Source: Dehalococcoides sp. JdFR-54
Lineage (GTDB): Bacteria > Chloroflexota > Dehalococcoidia > JdFR-54
Reading direction: 5' to 3'
DNA: 64,000 bases
Assembly: GCA_002011475.1 (NCBI GenBank)
Contig: MTNP01000008.1
Coordinates: forward strand, 4,037-68,036
Position numbers and translations under genes: made by a program
Notes under the pieces: generated by a model
Told to the model about the DNA's origin: nothing
Seen by the model: only the letters and a program-made list of their open reading frames with translations
The model's database searches: none
Part shown: positions 57,423-64,000 of the stretch, in pieces
Layout: each line of letters begins with the position of its first letter
Numbering within the stretch: position 1 is the stretch's first letter

Positions 57423-58712
57423 ATGCACATGGAGTTCTTAGAAACAGAGATCGCCAAATACCAGAGGCGGATAGACAAGATCAAGGCCAACCCCGATCCC
57501 ACCAAGCTCAAGAGCAATCTGCAAATGTATGAGCTAGAACGGGACGAACGCATAGCAGAGCTGGAGGCCTGGAAACAGGGGAAACCCTTTGCCAGTGGGA
57601 TGTTCCCCCCCGTTTTGCTCAGATCTATGGGGTTCGAGATCTATGATGCCGAGATGGCCTGTGACCGGATGGAAAGATGGCAGGTCAAGAAATACCTTCA
57701 GCGGTGCCGAGAGCTGGGCTTCCCAGACCAGATCTGCGACCGCACCGTGCTCAAGATACCGATGGTGCTGGATGAGGACTTCCCCAATCTGAGCCTGGTG
57801 GTGGCCAACAACTGGGAATGCGAGAGTATCCCCCTCACCTTCCAGACCATAGCCCACCTGCGCGGTATCCCCTACTACTACTTGGACGTCCCCTTTGAGG
57901 CCAACGAGGAGACGCTTCAGTATGTGGTGGAGCAACTGCGGGAGCTCATCGACCTCGCCGAATCCACGGTGCCCGGCATCAAGTACGATGAAGACAAGCT
58001 CATCGAAGTTCAGAACATCGAGAAGCGCTGGTACGAGCTATATCAGGATATCCACAGACTCAAGCGGAGGGTCCCCTGCCCGGTTCCCGGACAGGAGGCC
58101 TTTAAGGAGCCTCGCTGGCCTTCCCTCTACCATGACCCGGCCCGGGCCTTGGAGGTATTCCGGATCTACCACGATGAGATAGTGGAAAGGGCAGAAAAGG
58201 GGATTTCCAATGTCCCCGAGGAGAAGCTGCGGCTAATGTGGGCGGTAAGCGGCCCCTTCTATGCCCGTCCTGACCCCTTTAGCATATTGGAGAAGCGGGG
58301 GGCGCAGGCCATCTACTTCCAGATCGGGAATGCCAGCCGGGTCGCCGGCATAAACTTCGGGATCTATGGCGATGAGACGGAATACGGGCGAAAGCTGTCA
58401 CCTTTGGAAGAGGAAGCCCGGATCCTTAATCAGTCCGCCTGGGGCGGCCTGGGGAGACGGTGGGTGGATGACATCCTGATAGCCTGTCGCGACCTCAAGC
58501 TCGATGGCATCGTCTACTTCCAGCAGTGGGGGTGCACGGTGACCGACAATCTGGCCAAGAACGTGGCCGAGGTTGCAGAACAGGAACTGGGCATCCCCAC
58601 CCTGATTATAGAGGGACGGCTGCTCATAGATGAGGCCTTCGACCCGCAAGAGATGGAGGACAAGCTAAACGGCTTTGTGGATATCTGCCTCGCTCGGAAG
58701 GGAATCGCCTGA
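57423..58712 (+). CDS. 2-hydroxyacyl-CoA dehydratase / benzoyl-CoA reductase family subunit (HgdA/FldB/BcrB-like)
   Basis: ICD, ECE, YLDVP, EKLRLMW, LDGIV...WGC, GIPTLIIEG. Confidence 0.85.
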   Translation: MHMEFLETEIAKYQRRIDKIKANPDPTKLKSNLQMYELERDERIAELEAWKQGKPFASGMFPPVLLRSMGFEIYDAEMACDRMERWQVKKYLQRCRELGFPDQICDRTVLKIPMVLDEDFPNLSLVVANNWECESIPLTFQTIAHLRGIPYYYLDVPFEANEETLQYVVEQLRELIDLAESTVPGIKYDEDKLIEVQNIEKRWYELYQDIHRLKRRVPCPVPGQEAFKEPRWPSLYHDPARALEVFRIYHDEIVERAEKGISNVPEEKLRLMWAVSGPFYARPDPFSILEKRGAQAIYFQIGNASRVAGINFGIYGDETEYGRKLSPLEEEARILNQSAWGGLGRRWVDDILIACRDLKLDGIVYFQQWGCTVTDNLAKNVAEVAEQELGIPTLIIEGRLLIDEAFDPQEMEDKLNGFVDICLARKGIA

Positions 58713-58815
58713 TCAGCCTTGACTCGCCCTTCCCCGGCGGTGAAGAGGAGCCTCGGCGTTCCGAGCCGCAGTGGCGGCCAAAGGAGGCGAGGCTCTTATT
58801 AAGGAAAGGAGAGGC

Positions 58816-60015
58816 ATGCTGGCACTAGAGGGCATACGAGTTATTGACCTGTCGCGGCTGGCCCCCGGGCCCTATGGCACCATGCTCCTGGGAGACCTGG
58901 GTGCCGATATTATCAAGGTGGAAAGGCCACCCCTGGAGGGCATGAAGCGGCTGACCTCGAAGCTGCCCTACTTGATAGAGGACTCCGACGATGAAAGAAC
59001 CATGGCCTTTCTGGCCACCAATCGCAATAAGCGAAGCATCATCCTCGACCTGAGGCAGGTGGAGGCCCGGGAGGTCTTCTACAAGCTGGTGGGCACAGCC
59101 GATGTCCTATTGGAGCAATTCCGGCCCGGGGTGGTGAGGCGGCTGGGTATAGACTACGATACCCTCAAAGGGATAAATCCCCGACTTATCTACTGCTCCC
59201 TCTCCGGCTATGGGCAAGACGGCCCCTATCGAGACCTGGTGGGGCACGACATAAACTACATTGCCATGGGCGGCTTTCAGGGCATGGTGGGCAACCGCCA
59301 GGGCCCGGCCATCCCCATGAACATCGTTGCCGACTATGCGGCGGGCGGGATGCATGTTGCCATCGGCATCCTGGCCGCCTTAATTGCCAGGGAAAAGACC
59401 GGCCGGGGGCAGTACCTAGACCTGGCCATGGTGGATGGTGTCGTTTCCCTCCTCGCCGCCGAGGTCTCCCGCTACCTGGTCACCGGCGTTGAGCCCAGGT
59501 GGCAAGAGTCAATGAACAATGGAGCTGTGCCCTGGTACAATATCTATGAGACCAAAGACCACAAATACATCAGCATCGGCTGTATAGAGCCCCACTTCTA
59601 TGAGCAATTGTGCCGTGTCCTGGGAAGGGAGGACCTCATCCCATATCAGGCTGCCACCGGCGAAAAACTCGAGGAGATTTTCTCCATCTTCAGGGAAATC
59701 TTCAAGACCAAGACCAGGGACGAATGGTTTGACATTATGCGCCAGGCGGATAATATCTGCGTGGGCAAGGTCTACTCCTTAGGGGAGATGCTGAATGACC
59801 CGCAGGTGCTTCACCGCCAGATGATTGTGGAGGTGGATCACCCCAAATTCGGCAAGATCAAGCAGGTCGGCATCTCCGTCAAGCTCTCGGACACGCCCGG
59901 CCAGATCAGGGGCACCGGCGCCTACCCCGGCGAGAATAGCGAGGAGATCTTGCGGGAACTGGGCTATTCCAAGGACGAGATTGGCACTCTGAAAGAAAAA
60001 GGAGCCGTGAGATAG
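58816..60015 (+). CDS. CaiB/BaiF family protein (alpha-methylacyl-CoA racemase-like)
   Basis: DLSRLAPGP, NRNKRS, GHDINY, ADYAAGG. Start after AGGAG. Confidence 0.92.
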   Translation: MLALEGIRVIDLSRLAPGPYGTMLLGDLGADIIKVERPPLEGMKRLTSKLPYLIEDSDDERTMAFLATNRNKRSIILDLRQVEAREVFYKLVGTADVLLEQFRPGVVRRLGIDYDTLKGINPRLIYCSLSGYGQDGPYRDLVGHDINYIAMGGFQGMVGNRQGPAIPMNIVADYAAGGMHVAIGILAALIAREKTGRGQYLDLAMVDGVVSLLAAEVSRYLVTGVEPRWQESMNNGAVPWYNIYETKDHKYISIGCIEPHFYEQLCRVLGREDLIPYQAATGEKLEEIFSIFREIFKTKTRDEWFDIMRQADNICVGKVYSLGEMLNDPQVLHRQMIVEVDHPKFGKIKQVGISVKLSDTPGQIRGTGAYPGENSEEILRELGYSKDEIGTLKEKGAVR

Positions 60016-60057
60016 AGGCAGGGGGGAGACCCTGAGGGATCTTGTGGAGGGTAAAGC

Positions 60058-61272
60058 ATGCCGGAACAGGCCTTGAGCGATGTACGCATATTAGACCTGA
60101 CTCAGTACATTGCCGGCCCCTTTTGCACCAAGCTACTGGCCGACTTTGGGGCTGACGTAATCAAGATCGAGAGGCCAGATGGTGGCGACCCGGCCAGAAG
60201 GTTAAGGCCTTTCTTCAAGGACGAGGCCCATCAGGAAAAGAGCGGCCTATTCCTATACCTCAATATGAATAAGCGAGGCATAACCCTCAACTTGAAGAAT
60301 GCCCTGGGGGTGAAGATCTTCAAGGAGCTGGTGAGGCAGGCCGATGTGGTGGTGGAGAGCTTCAGGCCGGGGGTGATGGCTCGCCTGGGACTCGACTACG
60401 AAACCCTGGAGAAGCTCAACCCTAGGCTGGTCATGACCTCCATCTCCAACTTCGGGCAAACGGGCCCCTACCGCGATTACAAAAGCTCCGAACTCATCCT
60501 CTACGGAATGGGCGGCGAAATGTACAGCTCGGGCTTGCCTGACCGGGAACCGGTGAAAAACGCGGAGACTGTTTCCCTATACCAGGTTGGGGCTGCGGCT
60601 GCTACCGGCACTATGGGGGCACTGCTGGGCAGCCGACTGCAAGGGATAGGGCAGCACGTGGATATGAGTATGCAAGAAGCCCTCACCGCTGCCGCCCCGG
60701 ACAGGAAGAGCACCGTCATGATAGCCTATCAGTTCTGCGGGGAGATCCATCCCCGATTTCCTGGCTATGAGACGGGCTACCCCTATGGGGCTCATCCCAC
60801 CGCCGATGGCTATGTGGAGATATTCGGCGGACGGGCCTACTGGTCCAGGATAGTAAAGATGCTGGGGGAACCCGAGATCCTGAAGGATCCCAAGTGGCTA
60901 GAACCTACAGCCCAAGCCAATCCGGCCCTCAAGGAAGAATTCGAAGCCCTTTTCCTGGCCTGGTCTATGGAGCGCACCAAACGCCAGGTCATGGAGGAGG
61001 GCCAGGCGGCCAGGGCGCCGGTGGGCGCCATCTTGACCATCGACGAGGTGATTAACGACCCCCACTTCAACGAACGTGGGCTTTTCATCGAGGTCGACCA
61101 CCCGGTGGTGGGCAAATTGAAGTACCCTGGCCGGCCATTCATCATGTCCGAAACCCCCTTTCAAGCCAGAAGACCGGCCCCTCTCCTGGGTCAACACAAC
61201 GAAGAGGTCTATGGAGAACTGGGATACACGGGCGAGGAGATCGCCCGACTTCGAGAATGGGGAGTTATTTGA
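60058..61272 (+). CDS. family III CoA-transferase subunit lacking the catalytic Asp (BbsE-like)
   Basis: LADFGADVIKIE, LNMNKRG, FGQTGPYRDY; VSLY where homologues have ADY. Confidence 0.88.
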   Translation: MPEQALSDVRILDLTQYIAGPFCTKLLADFGADVIKIERPDGGDPARRLRPFFKDEAHQEKSGLFLYLNMNKRGITLNLKNALGVKIFKELVRQADVVVESFRPGVMARLGLDYETLEKLNPRLVMTSISNFGQTGPYRDYKSSELILYGMGGEMYSSGLPDREPVKNAETVSLYQVGAAAATGTMGALLGSRLQGIGQHVDMSMQEALTAAAPDRKSTVMIAYQFCGEIHPRFPGYETGYPYGAHPTADGYVEIFGGRAYWSRIVKMLGEPEILKDPKWLEPTAQANPALKEEFEALFLAWSMERTKRQVMEEGQAARAPVGAILTIDEVINDPHFNERGLFIEVDHPVVGKLKYPGRPFIMSETPFQARRPAPLLGQHNEEVYGELGYTGEEIARLREWGVI

Positions 61273-61300
61273 GGACAGGGTAACGGGGGAGGATTGCCAA

Positions 61301-62608
61301 ATGACCAAGCTACCTCTGGAGGGCATAAGGGTGGTGGAGCTGGGCGTGGCCTGGACTGGCCCCTGCGCCGCTATGATACTGGCCGACTTCGGGGCTGAGG
61401 TGATCAAGGTAGATACGGTTAACTTCTGGCAGACCCAGGGCCGCGGTATGGTGGCAAGACCCACCAAAGAGATGCTGGCCACTCAAACCCCCCACTCCGG
61501 CGGTTACCCCAACAAAGAGCCGGGCGAATACCCCTGGAATTGCTGGCCTGTATTCGTCACCGGGGGCAGAAACAAGCTCAGCATGAGCGTGCGCGACCTG
61601 AGAGAGCCGGAGGGCAGGGAGATATTTCTGAGGCTGATAAAGATAAGCGATATCTTCATCGAAAACAATCATCCCGATACCATGCCCAAGCTCAACCTTG
61701 ACTATGAGGTTCTTAAGGAAGTGAAACCAGACCTGATCATGGTTCGTTCATCTGCCACCGGTTTAAGCGGCCCTTATCGGGATTATCGAGCCCATGGAAG
61801 CCAGCTGGACGCCATTTGCAGCCATTCCTCGCTAAGGGGCTACCGCGATATGGACCCCTCGGCCAATACCCCGGTTTTCATCACCGACTATCTGGGGGCC
61901 TGCTTTTCGGCCCTGGCCGCCATGATGGCCCTGAACTACCGCCGGCGCACCGGGAGGGGACAGTTGATCGAGGTGGCTCAGGTGGAAACCGGCGCAGTCT
62001 GCCTTGGGGAAGCTATGATGGACCACTCCATGAATCAGAGAGTCCGCACCACCCAAGGCAACCGGGATATCCACGGTGCGGCGCCCTGTGGCTGCTACCG
62101 CTGTGCCGGAGAGGACCGCTGGGTCAACATCACCGTCACCTCGGATGAGGAATGGCAAGGCCTGTGCCGCGCCCTGGGCAACCCCCCCTGGACCCAGGAG
62201 GAGCGCTTCTCCGATGCCCGCAGCCGGTATGAAAACCAGGATGCCCTAGATCAATACATTGAGCAGTGGACAAGCCAGCGAGACCACTATGCGGTAATGC
62301 ACCTACTTCAAAAAGAAGGTGTGCCAGCAGGCCCAGTTATGGATGCCCGGGATACCTACAACGACCCCCACCTTAAGGAGCGGGGCTTCTTGGTGCCAGT
62401 CAGTCACCGGGACTGTGGTAACTACCTCCATCCTGGGGCTGCCTGGAAGCTTTCCAAAACCCCCATCACCATTCGCAGACCACCGGTCCGTTTTGGCGAG
62501 GATAACGAATACGTATACAAGCAGCTCCTCGGATTCTCAGACGAGGAATATGCCGAGTTGGAGAGGAAGGGGCATATCAGCGACGGGCCGGCGCCTCACA
62601 TTCCGTAA
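61301..62608 (+). CDS. family III CoA-transferase subunit (BbsF-like)
   Basis: LEGIRVVE, LADFGAEVIKV, RNK, ITDY. Start at ATG 61301 after GGAGG. Confidence 0.9.
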   Translation: MTKLPLEGIRVVELGVAWTGPCAAMILADFGAEVIKVDTVNFWQTQGRGMVARPTKEMLATQTPHSGGYPNKEPGEYPWNCWPVFVTGGRNKLSMSVRDLREPEGREIFLRLIKISDIFIENNHPDTMPKLNLDYEVLKEVKPDLIMVRSSATGLSGPYRDYRAHGSQLDAICSHSSLRGYRDMDPSANTPVFITDYLGACFSALAAMMALNYRRRTGRGQLIEVAQVETGAVCLGEAMMDHSMNQRVRTTQGNRDIHGAAPCGCYRCAGEDRWVNITVTSDEEWQGLCRALGNPPWTQEERFSDARSRYENQDALDQYIEQWTSQRDHYAVMHLLQKEGVPAGPVMDARDTYNDPHLKERGFLVPVSHRDCGNYLHPGAAWKLSKTPITIRRPPVRFGEDNEYVYKQLLGFSDEEYAELERKGHISDGPAPHIP

Positions 62609-62716
62609 CCAGCCCAGCGGCCCTTAGTCTATTTCCTCTATCTTGGGTTTTACTTGCTCTCTCAGGGGCAGGTAGGTGTCCTCGGGGTGGTGGGGCTCCA
62701 TAAGTTGCCCCACGCC

Positions 62717-63145
62717 CTAAGTTTCCTGCACCACTGTGGGCTTCACCCTTTCGCCTGTTGGCAGGTAGACATCCTCCGAGCTCACAGGCCTTAAGGGCTG
62801 TCCCACAATGTATAGATACCGCCAGGTGGTATCGCCGGTATTGGTATGCGGGCCATGAACTGCATTTGGCCTTACATAGATGCTATCGCCCGGCTCCACC
62901 TCATACTCTTTCCCCTCAACCCTATAAATACCCTTTCCCGCTAAAAAGTACATAACCTCATCACAGTTATGTACATGGGCCCCGATTTCCAGGCCTGGTT
63001 CTAGCTCGATCATGCCTAGCCTGAATTGTTGGATCCCTGTATTCTCGTGGTAAACCAGGCTCCTGGTCAGGTAGGAATCCCTGGCACCGGACTTGATAGG
63101 CATTCGTTCTACCTTGCCTTCTCCCCTTTTGATGTGAACCTTCAT
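62717..63145 (-). CDS. cupin domain protein
   Basis: HVHNCDEVMYFLAGKG...PGDSIYVRPNAVH. Confidence 0.9.
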   Translation of the reverse strand: MKVHIKRGEGKVERMPIKSGARDSYLTRSLVYHENTGIQQFRLGMIELEPGLEIGAHVHNCDEVMYFLAGKGIYRVEGKEYEVEPGDSIYVRPNAVHGPHTNTGDTTWRYLYIVGQPLRPVSSEDVYLPTGERVKPTVVQET

Positions 63146-63197
63146 GACCTCTTCGCCTCCGTCATGATCGATGCTCTTGTCGAGAAGCCCCGCCTGT

Positions 63198-63264
63198 AAG
63201 ATAAGGCCTGCGGGTTATTGTGTCAATGACCCTGGTTGACTGCCTTCTCGGCGTCCTGTACAAT
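63198..63264. promoter_or_regulatory. divergent promoter pair (cupin / aconitase X)
   Basis: Minus: TTGACA-17-TATCTT (63226-63198). Plus: TTGACT-17-TACAAT (63236-63264). Confidence 0.65.
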
Positions 63265-63359
63265 CGGGTCGCCTCAGGTGTAGGGCTGGGACATGGGTGG
63301 CGCACTATATAGGGTGAAACCTCCGTTGCTATCCAGATCCCCAGTCAAAGGAGGTTGAT

Positions 63360-64000
63360 GTGAAGCTAACTCGTGATGAGCAAGATATGCTAGAGGGCAA
63401 AGAGGGACGGGCCAAGCAAAGGGCCATGGAACTCCTGGTACAGTATGGAGAAGCCCTCGGCGCAGAGCGCTTCGTAGACACGAACAATGTACACCTGCTC
63501 ATAGGGTTCTATCCCTATCCACAGATGGTCACACCCCGGGACAGCGACGAATTGATCTCCAAATTCCTCCTAGATACCGACGAGAGAATAGTTGTGGACC
63601 GTGTTAAGTCCTTCAACACCACCCACATCTGGGCCATAGACCTGGAACGTTGGCAGGTAATGGAAGCCTCTGAAAGCTTGCACGAACTGATGGAGGTCAT
63701 CAAGAAGTACTGCATCAGAACGGGCGTCAGCATCACCGCCACTTGCACGCCCTACCAGATAGGAAACGTCCCCACCAAGGGAGAACACTGTGCCTGGACG
63801 GAGTCCTCAGCGGTGCCCTTCTGCAACGCTGTGCTGGGGGCCCGCACCAATACCGAAGCGGCCCACAGTGCCTTCGCCATAGCCCTCACTGGCAAGGTGC
63901 CCCTTTCCGGATTCCATATAGACGAGAACCGCCTGGGCACCCACTTAATCGATGTCGAGCTTGATGTCAATGATGTGCTGGAATGGTATCTTTTAGGTTA
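63360..64000 (+). CDS. aconitase X catalytic subunit (DUF521), 3' truncated by the window edge
   Basis: Not in the ORF track. AAGGAGG then GTG KLTRDEQDMLEGKEGRAKQRAMELLVQYGEALGA...TCTPY...AWTESSAVPFCNAVLGARTN...LTG...DENR. Confidence 0.9.
   Translation, partial: MKLTRDEQDMLEGKEGRAKQRAMELLVQYGEALGAERFVDTNNVHLLIGFYPYPQMVTPRDSDELISKFLLDTDERIVVDRVKSFNTTHIWAIDLERWQVMEASESLHELMEVIKKYCIRTGVSITATCTPYQIGNVPTKGEHCAWTESSAVPFCNAVLGARTNTEAAHSAFAIALTGKVPLSGFHIDENRLGTHLIDVELDVNDVLEWYLLG

Noticed and set aside
56231-58712. Class I benzoyl-CoA reductase
   Set aside because: BcrA/BcrD ATPase subunits and ring-cleavage genes are absent from the window; the family assignment alone is insufficient.

Overview
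This is a 64 kb, gene-dense, moderately GC-rich bacterial window with near-consensus sigma70 promoters and GGAGG ribosome-binding sites. Thr/Val-rich lipoprotein linkers and a CARDB lipoprotein suggest, by inference, an uncultured anaerobe such as a member of the Dehalococcoidia/Chloroflexota. It is almost entirely anaerobic organic-acid catabolism. Radical and B12 enzymes: a glycyl radical enzyme (split by a GA-repeat frameshift) with its activase, two QueG/reductive-dehalogenase-like Fe-S proteins, a divergent B12 acyl-CoA mutase, and two tandem, active-site-divergent glutamate-mutase-like S/E pairs with MmgE/PrpD and GlmL. CoA chemistry: five family III CoA-transferases, two family I CoA-transferases, two succinyl-CoA-synthetase-like pairs, HMG-CoA and CitE-type lyases, a MaoC dehydratase and a 2-hydroxyacyl-CoA dehydratase. 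Other enzymes: a fumarase-type hydro-lyase, a thiol:fumarate-reductase-like pair, and DgdA-like, IlvD, LarA-like and aconitase X genes. Transport: two TRAP systems and two MFS transporters. The main highlights are an unannotated YYFYFWF leader peptide with an attenuator upstream of DAHP synthase, a non-canonical GRE, and a three-mutase B12 radical cluster whose substrates are probably not the textbook ones. I saw no rRNA, tRNA, CRISPR array, transposase or transcription-factor gene. All alignments are by eye from remembered reference motifs.
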